Positions 34,774-48,400 of a DNA stretch of 64,000 bases are shown here, one piece after another. This DNA is from Paramoeba atlantica (taxonomy: Eukaryota; Protista; Discosea): NCBI GenBank assembly GCA_977017575.1, contig CDRNVI010000200.1, positions 1 through 64,000 on the forward strand, written 5' to 3'. Under the pieces are notes generated by a model. The model did no database searches, was not told where the DNA came from, and saw only the letters and a list, made by a program, of their open reading frames with translations. The translations under genes were made by a program, and so were the position numbers. How positions within the stretch are numbered: position 1 is the stretch's first letter; every line of letters begins with the position of its first letter.

Positions 34774-34843
34774 TTTTCTTCTTTTCTGTTTGGCAGATTC
34801 GGCTGAAGAGTTTGGCAAACCAACCAACAAAATCAGCAAATGA

Positions 34844-34877
34844 AAGGGGACACCTTCCTTTTTAAGGGGACACCTTC
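34844..34877. promoter_or_regulatory. Duplicated 14-bp motif in the ~190-bp divergent intergenic gap
   Basis: AAGGGGACACCTTC at 34844-34857 and 34864-34877 (20-bp period), between the histone ATG (34773, -) and the cyclase ATG (34966, +). Confidence 0.35.
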
Positions 34878-34965
34878 TTTTTTCTTGGTTTCTTTTCTTT
34901 CCTTCTTCTCTTTCCTTCTTCTCTCTCCTTCTTCTCTTTCTTTCTTCTCTTTTTTGAAGGAGAAA

Positions 34966-36157
34966 ATGATGTGGAAGAGAAAATCTTTCTTTTTTCTCTT
35001 TCTTTTCATCCTATTTGAAAAACAAATTTTGGCAAAATCAGAAGATAGAAAAGAAAAAGAAAGAGAAGATGGTTTGATTGTGTCTTATGTAGTAGACAAA
35101 ACTTTTCCTCATGATTCTTCTGCTTTTACACAAGGCATTTTTCTTGATCCTTTTGATCCTTCTTATTTTTATGAAGGTTTTTTTCTTTTTCTTTTTTCTA
35201 TTTTATTTTTTTTGATTTTTTTGATTTTGCTTTAAACATAATAATCCCCTTTCTCTTTCTCATTTCTCTTTTCTCTTTTTCTCTTTTCAGGAACTGGAAT
35301 GTATGGAGAGAGTGCTTTAAGAAAAGTGAATGTTGGGACAGGAAAAGTATGGAAACAACGAAAGATTGATCAACGCCACTTTGGAGAAGGAATTGCCTTT
35401 CATAAAGGGAATATTTATCAACTTACTTGGAGAGAGAAATTCATTTATCGATATTCAATGAAGGAAAGCAACGAGTTTTGACTCTTTTTTTTTTCTCTTT
35501 TGGATATTTTTTCTTTTATTTTTTCTTTTATTTTTTCTTTTATTTTTTCTTTTATTTTTTCTTTTATTTTTCTTTTCTTTTTTTCTTTTTATTTTTTTCT
35601 TTTATTTTTCCTCCTTCTTCTCGTAACAAGAGTCTCTCTTTTAAAAAAGGTGGGTCAAGAAAAAACGAGAAATATTTAAAGGCCCTGGCTTCCTAAAAGA
35701 AGGATGGGGTTTAACATCAGATGGAAATTACCTCATTGCCTCAGAAGGAACCTCAAAATTATATTTTTTCACAATCGAAGAAGGAGAAAGAGATTCTGTC
35801 TTGGCCAAAACTTTAACTGTGAAACTGAACGAGAAACCCATCTCTCTCTTGAATGAGTTGGAGTATATTGGAGGGTATATTTGGGCAAACGTCTGGTATT
35901 CCACTCGAATCTACATCATTGATCCCCAAACTGGAAAAGTTGTTCTTTTCATTGAAGCTGAAAATCTTAAAACTACTGGCGATGTGCTCAATGGGATTGC
36001 GTATGATCCTTCGAATGATCTTTTGTATTTGACTGGTAAATATTGGCCAAATGTTTATTCTGTCCGCTTGATTTGTTCAAATGGTAAAATTCCAAAACCT
36101 ATTTCAGACATTGTTTCGATTTGTACTGCACATTCTTGGAAGGAGGATGAGCTTTAA
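34966..36157 (+). CDS. Glutaminyl-peptide cyclotransferase, plant/bacterial type (Glu_cyclase_2)
   Basis: [69 protein letters not shown]; N-terminal signal-like segment; C-terminal KEDEL. Confidence 0.92.
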
Positions 36158-36479
36158 AATAAAAAAGAGAAAAAAGACCCACCAAAAATTGAGATATTTT
36201 ATTTCTGGAGATTTCCCACATTAAACTTGCAAAGAGCAAATAGAGAATAAAAAGAAAACCTTTGAGAGAAAGTTTTATTTTGATTTTATTGGTAAATGAA
36301 TTATTTAAAATTCATATTCTTCAAAATAAGAGAGTAAGAGAGAGGAGTAGATCGAAGAGAGAAGAGAGAAGAGAGAAGAGAGAAGAGAGAGAGAGGGAAT
36401 TTCACCCCCCACAAAAAAGAGAGATCTCTTGAAACAAACAGCAAAGTACAAAAACAAGTCGAATCAAAAAAAAAAACAA

Positions 36480-39400
36480 CTAATCCTCAATTTCTTCAAG
36501 ATAAACTTTTCGAATCTGTTCTTGCCAAACTTGCCCAAAACCAGCAGAATTCAAATACTGAGAAACAGAGCCATATCTTGATCGAATAAATTCAAGTGTT
36601 CGTCGCATCACGTCGGGTGGTGTTCCTTCAAATTCTTCATTTAACCCAACTCCAACCATATCTCTGTTGATTTTCATCAATTTAGAAAAACTTTTTCTCA
36701 AATATTTTCTCAAAAAAATGATAATAATAATAAGAAAAAATGAATGGATGAGAAAGAAAAGAAAATTCATACGAATGAACAAGATCAGAAATTGGAAAAA
36801 GCCTCCATTCACTCAACCGATATTCATAAATCAAAGCCTCTTCTTCAACTCCCAAACAAGACAAAACACTCATTGCAATCAACCCAGTCCGATCTTTTCC
36901 ATGTTGACAAAAGAAAAGAACTGGTTGAATATTTGGCGAAGCTAGGATCTTTAATATGGAACAGATTTCTTCTTTGCAGGATTCGATCATCATTTCGTAC
37001 ATTTGGGGCATTCCCACTCTATGTGAGAGAATGGAAAAAGAAAAAACATTGAGGAGAAAAAAGAGAGAAATAAGAAAGAGACAAAGACATGGAAAAAAAA
37101 AAGAGAATAGAAAATAGAAAAGGAAGAAAAAAATTTTCAAGAAAACGATGAAAAGAAAAAAAAAGAAAAAACCGATTCAAAACATGACCAGAAACTGCTT
37201 GCTTCGCTTCAACTCGATTTCCTATTTGAAAAAAAGGGGTCATCAAAAGGAAAACAAACAAAATATTCAATCAAATAACAAAAAAATTGAATGAATTGAA
37301 CAAAAATAAGAATAAAAAATAATAAAAGACCTCTCACAAATTTCTTTCCAGCTTTTGCATAATTCGAAAGAGGAGTAATTCGAACCATCTCACGCACAAA
37401 ACCACTGCCAACAACAGAACACAAAAAACATCTTTTTTCAGTTTGATCGATTTTTGGCTTTGGTGTTGGAGTCCTGAGAGTTGATGTTTTTTAGAGTTTA
37501 AATATTTTTTGATTAAAAAAGCGAAATTAAAGAAAACAAAAAATGATCATCACAAGCTTATTATTAAGCAGATGAATAATTGACAACGAAAAAACGAACA
37601 AAAGGGGTAATCGCAAAAACAAAAGAAATAAAGAGAATAATGAAAGAAAGAAAAGAAAAGAAAGAAAGAAAAATAAAGAACAAAATACCTTCGAGTGACC
37701 CTGGGAGAAGTGGAGCGAGTAAAAGCCTTCTTTGCAGATAAAGACCTCTCCTTCTTCTTCAAAACCAAACCAGACCCAGACACAGGAGAAGGAGTCGGAG
37801 AAGTAGAAGACGGAGAAGAAGAAAGAGGAGAAGGAGAGAGAGAACTTGAAGAAGGAGTTCGTATACCTTTAGGAGGAGAAGAAGAAGGTTCTGATCCATT
37901 CGAATTTGATTTCTCATCAGAAGATAATGTTAATTTTGTTTCCTCGGGTGTATTTATGTGTGGAACAAAATTTGGAGAAGAAGAGGTACAAATTGAAGAA
38001 GTAGAAGACCAATCAACTGAACTTTGTTTCTCAGGGGCTTGTGGCATTGAGGGAGAAGAAAATGAAAGCTCAGGACAACCATTTGGAGAGGGGAGATTTG
38101 TGTGGATTGTTGAGGATAAATCTTTCGTGAAATGTGATTTTTGTTTGTCAGTTTGGATGTTGAAGTATTTTCGGAATGCTCCAATTCGCCCGAGTTGTTC
38201 TCCATATCTTAAATCTAAACAAAAAAAAATTTGCAAATATTTCAACATATGTTTCTTTTTTTGTTTCACATTTGGATCTCAAAAGATCTTAAATTAAAAA
38301 AAAAAAAAGAGAGAATCAAAAACAAACCAACAAGAGTTTTAACTTTCAGAGTTTCAACAACATATTTAATATCATCTTCATTTAACATTCGATCAACAGC
38401 CGAGGATCGAAACAAAGTCAACTCTTTAAAACGATATCTGTGTTTCATAAAAATGAGAGAAAAATAAGTCGAACAAACAATTTTTGAAAAAACCAATCCC
38501 AAAAAAAAAAGAAATAAATGATGAAATTAACTCTTTCAAAAAAAAAAAGAAAAAAAAAAAAAGAAAAATCAAAACCTTTTCCCATCAATAACAATGGGAC
38601 TATAAGTAGAATAACAACCAGACCCCCCTCCCCCAAAAACAGAACGAAAATTGGGATGAGTAATAAAAGGTTCAAAATCATCATCCTCCCTCTCTTCTGG
38701 CAAACCAAAATACCTCTTCTCTTTCCTCTCTTTCTTTACAGAATTCGAGCGAGTAAAAAGAAGATCTCCATCATATGATTTGGAAATTCGTCGATCTGGG
38801 AGTTGTCGATTTGGAGGAACTCCGTTTCCTTTTGGAGAAAGGTTTGCTGCTCTCCATTCTCCGCTGTCAAATAGATCGTGGTGTGGAGTTGAAATTGTTC
38901 TTAACGTTCCCAAGATTAATTGTCTTTTTTCTTCACCTTTCTCAACGGGTGTGCCAAAGAGGACCTTTTTTTTGTCTTCTTTTCTTTCTTGTTCTTGTTC
39001 TTCTTCTTCTTCCTTTGATTTCGCCACTCTTCCTCCTCCTTTCCCTTCTCCTTCGTCTCCCACTTCCAAAAAATCCTCCTCAGAACCCCCCTCACCACTG
39101 ACTTCCTCCCCCTCAAAACTAACAGAACAATAACACTCATTATTACAAGGCGAACCAGGACAATGAAAATGATGATGATGCAATTCCAGAGCACCAAACG
39201 CTTTAGCTCTTTCGTTCATATAAAAATGATGATGATGTCCTGCGTTAATGTATGATGTGTAACATGGTTCCATTAGTTCATGGAATGGTGTTCTTGATTT
39301 GGTTGGTAGTTGCTTTTGTCTTGGTGATTGTTTGAGTTGCTTGGATGATTGATTGGGTAATTGTTGGGGTGATTGTTTGGGGGATTGGTCGGGTAATTCA

Positions 39401-40290
39401 ATTTTTTGTCCAGAGGATTCATTTGGTGATTGTAAGGTATCTGAGTATTGATAGTTTTTTGAGGGTTCTCCTGTGGAGAGATTTTGTTCTGAGGATTCAT
39501 TTGGTGATTGTAAGGCATCTGAGTATCGGTATTGTTTTGTAGTTGTTGTTCTTTCTGGTGTTAAATTTCGTTTTGGTGAGTGTGATTTTTGTTGTTTTGG
39601 TGAGTGTGAGTGTTGATGTTTTGGTGAATGTTGTTGTTGTTTTGATGATTGTGCTTTTTGTTCTGGTAATTGTAATTGTATTGGGGGGTGTTGTTTAGAT
39701 TTCTCTTCTTTCTTCTCATCGCTCTTTTCTCGTTCTCCTTTTTTTACTTTCTTTTTCTTTTCTCTTTTCTCCTTCTCAGTTTCTTGCTCTTTCTCATTTC
39801 CTTTCTCATTTTCTTTCTCTTTCTCTTGCTCTTGCTCTTGCTCTTGCTCTTTCTCGTTTTCTTTCTCATTTTCTTTCTCTTTCTCTTTCTCAGTTTCTTT
39901 CTCTTTCTCTTGCTCTTGCTCTTGCTCTTTCTCGTTTTCTTTCTCATTTTCTTTCTCATTTTCTTTCTCTTTCTCTTTCTCTTTCTCATTCTCTTTCTCA
40001 TTCTTTTTCTCTTTCTCATTTTCTTTCTCTTTCTCTTCCTCTTTCTCTTTCTCAGTTTCTTTCTCCTTCTCTTTCTCTTTCTCAGTTTCTTTCTCCTCTT
40101 TCTCAGTCTCTTTCTCTTTTTCTTCTCCATTTTTTTTCTCATCAACATCATCACCATCATCATCAAAATAAAGATCAGAATCATCAGAATCATCACTTTC
40201 ATCATACACATCACACGTTCCTTCATCGAAAGTTTGCCGACTGAGACTGCGAAGTAAAGCTCGACCATCTTCACAGCTCTTAAGTAAATC
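36480..40290 (-). CDS. Tyrosine/dual-specificity phosphatase (Y_phosphatase3-like) with a long low-complexity N-terminus; start codon not located
   Basis: PNFRSV...LFRSS...DLR; P-loop PVLFFCQHGKDRTGL (intact CX5R); EYRLSE; C-terminal LEFIRSRYGSVSQYLNSAGF. The large exon starting at 40290 is D/E/K-rich. Confidence 0.82.
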
Positions 40291-41084
40291 CTGGGAAAAG
40301 GAGATAAGAAAGAGAAAGAGGAGGAGAGGAGGAGAGGAGAGAGAGAGAGAAAGAAGAGGAGAAAAAGAAGTGGATCATCCAAAATATCTCTACTTATCTT
40401 TTATCAGAATCAAAGGTGCGAAAGAAGAGAAGAGACTTTTGCAAGTTTTGCTTCAAATGAGAAAAAGAAAGACCATCTCTTCCAAAGGAAAGTTTCTTTC
40501 TCAAACTCCTTTTTCATCCTTTTTTCTTTTTCTAATCTTAGCACCCCCTTTTCTTGATGAAAAATTTCTTACCTCCATCTTTAAGTCCGACATTTTCACA
40601 CAACCTCCCGATTTTAACTCCAAACACAAAAGGAAGAAAGAGAAGCAAAAAAGAAGATAAAAGGAGTTGTTCTTTCAAAATCAAAGCGCAAAAAAGCGAT
40701 CCCCTCCCCACAAAAAAAGGAACTCGATGAAAAAGACAATTGCCCTCAAAAAAAGAGAAAAATAAAGTTTTGTTGGTGTGACCAACTTTTTTTGCTGCTC
40801 AAAGTCTCCATCACTATCTTCTCGGATTCTCACAATCACTCCAAAATTTTTTCGCGTTTTTTTTTTGAAAAAACTCTGTCGTTTCGTTTGGGCAAAAAGA
40901 AACAATCTTTCCAGGAAAAGGTTGAAAAGAAAAAGGTTGAAAAGGAAAAGGTTGAAAAGGAAAAGGTTGAAAAGGGAATCAAAAAAAAGGTTGAAAAGGA
41001 AAAGAGGTCAAGGGGAAAAAGCTCAATCAAAGGAAGTTCAAAGAACAAAGAAGAGAGAAAACAAAAGATTTCCTTAAGGAAAAG

Positions 41085-42438
41085 ATGGGAAACAAAACTC
41101 GAGCGAATCAAATCGGAAATGAGGTTCGAAAACAAGTAAAACAAGACCAAAATGATTTATACAATCGTTGGTTTTGGTACATTGTCCTTCCTTTTCTCTT
41201 AATTTATCTCTCTTTTGCTCTCTTTAATTCTCATCAAGCTTTTCCTCTTGAGGATGAGGGAGAGAAAAGAGAGGGAGAGGGAGAGAATGGAGTTTTGATG
41301 ACTATTGCGAGAGACAGTCTTTTAAAAATGAAGTTTGTTTTTCTTTTTCTTTTTCTTTTCTCTTTTTTATTTTTCTTTTTGAATAACTCAAAAACTCTTT
41401 CTTTTTTTGAGTCTGTTGAGCACCTTTCAAAAGGATTTTTTAAAACAAAAAAGAAAATTAAAGAAACGAAAAACAGAGTAACAGGAGAATTTCCTGATTG
41501 GGCTCGAAACCTCCATGCTTATGCTGGAATGTTATTGGTCTTAGGATGTCTCATTCAGAAACAGACAATTTTTCATTTCAATAATGCAGGTTTAAATTAT
41601 TTCTGAATGGATTTTCAGTCAATTTTCTCTTTCCCAAAACCTTACCACTAAGAAGAAAAGAAAGCCTCTTTCAAAGAAATTTCTCCTTTTTTGTGGGGTT
41701 TTGGTCTTCTTAGACACAGAAAAGTTGGGAAAGTTTTTAATTTTGTATTACTTTCTTCATTTCTTTCTTTCCATTTGTTGAATTTTTTTATGGTTAAAAG
41801 ACTGGAGAATGGCACATAGAGTCGGTGGATATGGTCTCATTCTTTTAATTGGATTGATGGCTCTTGGAGGATATCGAATGGGATCTTTTTCAACTCTTGA
41901 AAATTTTGAGTTTTGATATTTTTTTTTGTCTTTTCTTTTTTTCCATTTTACCAAAATCTTTTTGAAGAGCTGAAAAATTCTCCTCTCTCTAACATCTTCT
42001 TTAGTTTTTTTATTGTCTTATTTGCTGCCCCATGGGCAACTTGGTTTGTTTTACTTCTTTGGAGTGTTGGAAAAAAAGAATATGTTGCAACTCACAGGTC
42101 AAGTCTTTTTGTGATAAAAACAAAAAATATTGTTGATCTAATGGGGAATCTTTAGAATGTTGGGTAATATGGTTCTTAAAGGTTGTGTTGCCGTTCCCAT
42201 TTCTCGATTAGCTGGTGCTTATTTACAGGTTTGAAACCATTTCTTTATTAAAGAAGAGAATGAAAATTTTCTTCTTAAAACATCAAAAATCTTCTGTCTT
42301 TGTTTGGAGTAACTTTTATCATAGAGAGCTGGGTTTGATGAAGCAAATGGTTACTACACTGGAATTGCGGGTACTACCGTTCTCATTGGAGTTTGGGAAA
42401 TATATGAAATGTATCTCTGGTGGACAGGAAAGGGTTAA
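41085..42438 (+). CDS. Multi-pass membrane protein, DUF2306-like
   Basis: Spliced hydrophobic segments with NLHAYAGMLLVLG, AHRVGGYGLILL, THRMLGNMVLKG..PISRL; stop TAA at 42436-42438. Family assignment is by motif resemblance only. Confidence 0.5.
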
Positions 42439-42927
42439 AGAATAAAAAAGGAAAAGGCAACATCCCAAAAAAAAATGTTTGGTGGAAAACTCAAAACGAA
42501 TTTGTCAAAACAATAATCAATCCCATTTACCCACCGATGGCATTTCTTTTTCGCAGTTCCAACATACACAAAAATAAGGGAAAAATCATACCAGCAATGA
42601 AGGAGAGAATTAAGATGGAGCCGGAGATAATGAGAGTGATGAAAATGAAAATGAGAAGGAAAAGAAAAAGAATTGTTTATTCTCACTTTGTTCCTCTTCC
42701 TTCTCCACACTACGGACAAAAGTCCAATCTTGGATTTCAACAGCCTAATTATTGCGTGCGAAATATTCATGGACATATCAACGCCAAAAAACATGGAGGT
42801 ATATTAGAACAACCTCCATATCTGTGATTCAGAATTGCCCTCTTTTGTCAAATGGTTATTTTCGTGTGTGTCGGAACTGAAAAAAGGGCTCACCTGAGGG
42901 GGAGCATCTTGGCTGACTGAGTCTTTT

Positions 42928-44652
42928 TTAGTCACCCTCACCATCACCATTCAAAAAAGATCTCAAATTCTCCTTTGTGATAAGTTCCCACATCACAGTT
43001 GAGGAGCCCTAAATTGAAAAAATGAGCTTGACAAATTCAAAGAGACACGATTAAAAAAAAACCTGAGAGATCTCGTGAATGCATTGTGGGTTAATATTTG
43101 CCAGAGAATCACAAGATTGATGATAACAAGGATCCGCATTGACTGTTTCAATGGTAATCAGAACAATAATTTTGGAAAATCAAAAAAAAAACAAGTTCAT
43201 TTCAATCCCCCTCCAAAAAAAAAAAAAAAAACTATTTGCTATTCCTCCATAAATATCACGAAATTCGCTCGTCATCATCTTTGCCGCACCCGATCCTAAA
43301 CCAGATGAAGAGATATTGTTCTCGACAAAGGGGGCAAAATCGGACCCGGTTTGAAACCGGCCCGCTCCAATGGGAATATTTCTCTCTCCAAAATAATTCC
43401 GGAGCATCTCCGTCACAATAACACCCCCTTCCAAGACATTCACCGCGTTTGAGGCATTTCCGACTGCAATTATATAATTTGGAGAACCCACCATATCGTG
43501 GTTGAGATAAATACCAATTCGATCCCGCTCTTCTTGTGGAAGATGTCGCACATAATAATATGATCCCAATTTACCTTCTTCCTCAGCACCCCACCACGCA
43601 AATCGAGCCTTATTGACAATTTTATGTCGAATTTTGTCAAGTTGAAGGGCTAATTCTAACACCGTAGCACTCCCACTCCCGTTATCATTGATTCCAGGAC
43701 CTGCTGGAACAGAATCGAGATGAGCCCCCCCAAAGACAATGAGTCCATCTTCTTTTCCTTCCTTTGTCTCTGCAAAGACATTGAAAGTGGCAGGAATTTG
43801 GACTGAGGAATTTGTAAATATATCAACAAAGGCTTCGGTGTCAAAAAATATATTACGGAGTGTTGTGGTAATTGACAGGACCGGAATTTGGATTATACGA
43901 TCGCCTGGTTCGTTCCAATCTCGGATTCTTGAATCTGATAAAGTATCTGCCCAATGAAACATTGCTACGGCTTTCGCATTTTCGCTCAATGCTGCCTGTT
44001 CAAACAAACTACAGTTAAGAGTTTGAGGAACTAATGCCACTGCCCCCTCAACACCAATGTAGTCAGAAGCTTTACAACCTTCATTTTCAACACCCACAAC
44101 TTGGATATTATTGAGTGTTTTCTCCCCATTCCCTCCATAACGCGGTTGACGAAAATCAGTGTCAAGAAGAAAAGGAATTGGGTCTCTCGAGGGATCTGAG
44201 CCTGGGAATACCTAAAGCATCAAATTATTATTTTACTCTTTTCTTAAGTGAATTTGAAAAAAATCTTTCTTTCTCAAACTAACTTCAACATGAAAGAAAC
44301 TTTTCAGACAGACCTGCGAAAGGAGAGGGCGGCTCAACTCTTTGTAAGTAATCGCAAAAAAATTCTGTGTGGTAACGGTGAAAGAAGTCTTCTTTGTTAG
44401 CTGTTCAATCACATAAGCAGCGCTATCATTATACCCATATTCGACTGCACGAGAATTTGAATTTGCAATGGCAATCTCATCAAACTTTTGCAGATGCGCC
44501 ATGATATTTGGCGCTGTGACAAGGGTTGCAAGGTCTTGGTTTGGAGCCAACTGAAAATAGGCAACAAGAACCAAACCGGCCCAAAAGATTGCCAAGAGAG
44601 CAACAAAACTCCCAATGACAAAGCGGGCTTTTGGATCTTCAAAAGAGCCCAT
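42928..44652 (-). CDS. M28 family aminopeptidase with PA domain and N-terminal membrane anchor
   Basis: GAHLDSVPAGPGINDNGSGS, RFAWWGAEEEG..GSYYYV, LNHDMVGSPN, GSDFAPF, DPCYHQSCD; final exon GSSTVMWE...GEGD*. Confidence 0.93.
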
Positions 44653-45458
44653 TGTATTCTGCGTTCTATAATGAACACACCCAACCACAACCCGGTAAAA
44701 ATTCGGGGTTTGTCCTCGTAAACAAAAACTCCCCTTTTTTAGGGAAACTACAGCCAAATGATGTCTCGAATTTTTCTGAGTTCAATGGCAATGGTTGGGC
44801 AAGCAAAAACAGAAATAAAATTTCGTTTACAAAACAAAAAGTGCGTTTTTTGTGGGTGTCCTTCAGGAAGAGACACCATAACTTTTGAGTGCAAATTGTT
44901 TGAAAATCAAATCATTCCAAAATGAGAATTTAGCTGTTTAACAAGAAAAGATGTCAGGGTTAAATTCAAATCATGTTTCTGATGTCAAAGAGTTCTTCAT
45001 CGACGAATAATTCGTAGCAAAATATTCCCGGACGACTTTGGCCCGAGTCAGAAAGGTGAAGAAAAAATGAATTTTCTCAAGATGAATTTTTCGAATGTGA
45101 TGGAAAACTCAAAACGAATTTGTCAGAAACAATTTTCGAAAAGCAGAAAGAATAAAGGAATGAATCTCGCAATGTGTCACAATCACTCCGTTTTTGCGGA
45201 TTTGGAATTCGGAAGCTTGTTTTCCTTTTTCCTTTTTTTGGGAATTTGATTGGCTTTCCTTTTTTTTTTTTTCTTTTTCTTCTTTGACCTTTCTCCTTTT
45301 TCCTCTTTTCGGTTTCCTTCCCCTTTCTCTTTCTCTTCCCCCCCTTTTCTCTCTCTCTCTCCCTCTCCTTCCCCCCTCTTCCTCTTTCTAAAAAAACAAA
45401 AAAAGTTTGTTTTGTTCTTTTCCTCTCCTTTTCCTCGCTTGCGAGAAAGGAATCAAAG

Positions 45459-48400
45459 ATGGAGAAGGTTGAACAACTAAAATCTGAAATCGAGCAAATT
45501 AAGCTCGATATTCACAATCTAAAACAAAAGCTTCAGGTGAAAAAAGATGAATTGAAGGTTGCCAAAAAGAAGATGAGCGCAGGAAGTACAAAACATCCTC
45601 CAGCGGTTGAGAAGACAGAAGAAATTCTTCAGCATTCATTTGATATTCGAAAGTATGAGATGGAAAGACTTCTTCTTTTTGACCAACTCAGAGCCTCAGT
45701 ATCAAGCCAAACCGCTGAACAAGACGAAGACACCTCGCTCCTTCACGATTGTAATTGTTGCCAAGCCACAAAAATCGAGGAGGTTTTCACCTGTAAATCC
45801 TGCCAGCAACCTATCTGTGGGCCATGTATGAATCGTCGACAATGTCACTTGTGTAATGGAAGAGAGAGTTGTCCTCGAAGAAAAATAACACCAGAGGAAA
45901 CTCCCAAACAAGCAGCCGTCCCTCCCCTGAAGCCAGTCAGGAGAAGATCTATGGCTGAAACTCCAGAACCCCCTTCTCCAAGTTGGGTGAAAGGGCCTCA
46001 CAAGACTCCTCGAAAACGAAAAACAACAAATTCTGTCGTTCTTGGAGATCAAAAGTTGTCTTCGCCACAAGCTCTTACTTCTTCTCCAACAACTACAATC
46101 TCTTCTGTAAGCACTTCTGAAGAAGCCTCACCGAGCCTCCCTCCCCAACAAGAAGAGGAACCAGATCTATTCTATGGAACAGACTCAGATAGAGAAGACA
46201 AGGACCTCTTTACCCCTTCTTCTTCACCACCTGCTTCACCACTTTCTCCAAAAAAATCATTTGGATTCGCTTATGCAATGCCAGATCTTGGGTACAGTGA
46301 GGTCCCCCCATCAAGGAAAACCTCGTTCAGTTTTAACTTTACAGGGACGGATGATGAGGAGGATGAAGATGATTTGATCTTACCTGGTGATGATGAGACT
46401 GGTGATGAGACTGGTGATTTGGTTTCTTATCCTCCTAAATCTTCAAAGAAAGAGAAGGTCTTTTTTTTCTCGCTTTTTTCTTTTTTTTATCACTTTTTTT
46501 CTTTTCAAAATTGATTGTGTCAAAAAAAAAAAAAAATCATTCAAAGAATTTAATCACAGTCAAGTTTTGGAGATTTTCAATTGAGTGGATCAGCTGACCA
46601 ACAATGGTCAAATCGATTTCAACAATGCCTCCAGGTCTGTTGCTCTCTTTTCTGCTGTTTTTTGTTGAATCCAAAAATTCATCAGAGAAAAGAATGTTTC
46701 AGAACAAAAAAATATCTCCCAGTTTGAAACAATTTTGTAACATTTTTTTATCAACAGAGACTCCAAGAGTTAAAAGATGAAACAGAACAAGAAAAAAGAG
46801 TACAAGCAAATACAGAATTAATGCATTTAAGTGAAGATTTTGTTGCTGCTTCTCGTGCAATTGGAAAAATGATTATTTCTGAAGTTTATCTTCCTCTTGA
46901 GGACAAGGTTTTTAGAATTTTCCCCAAAAAAATTGATGAAAAATTTCTGTTGCTCTTTCTATTTCCTCTTTTCTCTTTGTTTCCTTTTCCATTATTCTCT
47001 CTTCTCTCTTCCTTTTCTCTCCTTTTTCTTTCTTTCCAATTTTGAGGAAATACCTTTTCAGGTCATCAAACCAATCACAGGAGGGATTGGTGGTTGTGCA
47101 GGTGGTGAAAAATATATTGTTCATAATATTCTCTTTAAATTTGCTTTGGATGTATTTGGTTTGTTTGGAGGCTCTGATCTTTCTGCTTCAAAAGGTGAAA
47201 AAAAAGATTTTCATTTTACTATTTTTAGTTTTGAAGAGAGAAAATGAAGAACAAAAGAGAAAAAGAAATCAAAAAAAACAGAGTCAGAGGAACCAAATCA
47301 AAGAGAAAAAAATTAAATTTGGTTACTCACAGTCGCGGGTCACGAATTAAAAGGTCTAATGACCTATTTTAGTGCTTTACGTGGTGTACATTTTCCTTTG
47401 ATGACTCTTGTTGATTATCGTGGGTTTCGTCTTGTGGCAATGAGTGTTCTTCCTGTTGGGAAAGGTTTTTTGTCTTTTTGAAAAAAGAAAAGGAATTGAA
47501 GGGGATGAGATGGAATGATATTTGAAAAGAGGTAAAAAAATGATTAGAAAAGGGGGAAAGGGGACAACGAGGGGATAAATAAGAAACGAAAAAAAAAATT
47601 AAAAGAATTTAAAAGAATAAGGATCCCCAAAATAAATGGAACAAAACAGATACATTAATCTACGGAACAAGCGACGCAGGAGCATCATATCATTATGATG
47701 AAGAATTTGGGAAAAAAATGTCAGAGGCTGCTACTGCTCTCAATCTTCAAACTCATCTTTGTGGTTCTTCTTCTTCTCTTCTTTACAGGCTTTCTTCTGC
47801 TGCTGATATTGAGGGGCATTGGTATCCTTTTTTTTTTTTCCTTTTGGTGGTTTTTTTTATGGTGTTTTTGTGTTCTTTTCTGATGGTGTTTTTTAGTGAG
47901 TTTTTTTGATGGTGTTTTTTTTTAATTTTTTTGTTTCGTTTCATTCTTTTTTACTTTCTCATTTCTTCTCCTCTCACTCATATTTCTTTACAACCAGTGG
48001 TCGTGACGGAAATTTTTATTTGCTTGATTTTTCAAGAACAATGCCCCCTGTGACACCCCAAGCAGAATTATACTTCGCAGGACATTTATATAATTTGTTT
48101 CGACCTGAATTTGTTCGAAAAAGTCCTACCCCGCTTTGTCCTGATGCTTTTTCAGTAATTTTCTTTTTCTTTTTTATTTATTTTTTTCTGTTTAATTGAA
48201 CTCATTTTTTCTCTCAAAAAAAAGGGATTTGTCATTCATGATCCTGAAGCCAAATCTTATAACAAAGATATTGAAGTTGCAACAATAAGACTTAAACAGA
48301 GAGTTATCCCACAGTATTGTCGAGCTCTTATGAATCGACAAGTATGTTTTTTCTTTTTTGTTTTTTGTTTTTATTTTGTTCTCGATCTCGATCTGGGGAA

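Noticed and set aside
40915-41000. 15-nt repeat encoding VEKEK as an N-terminal extension of the 41085 gene
   Set aside because: A TGA interrupts the frame of the 41085 ATG; likely a UTR or intergenic minisatellite.
42435-42900. Possible small minus-strand gene between the membrane protein and the M28 peptidase
   Set aside because: Complex sequence is present, but I could not build a consistent spliced ORF or recognise a domain.
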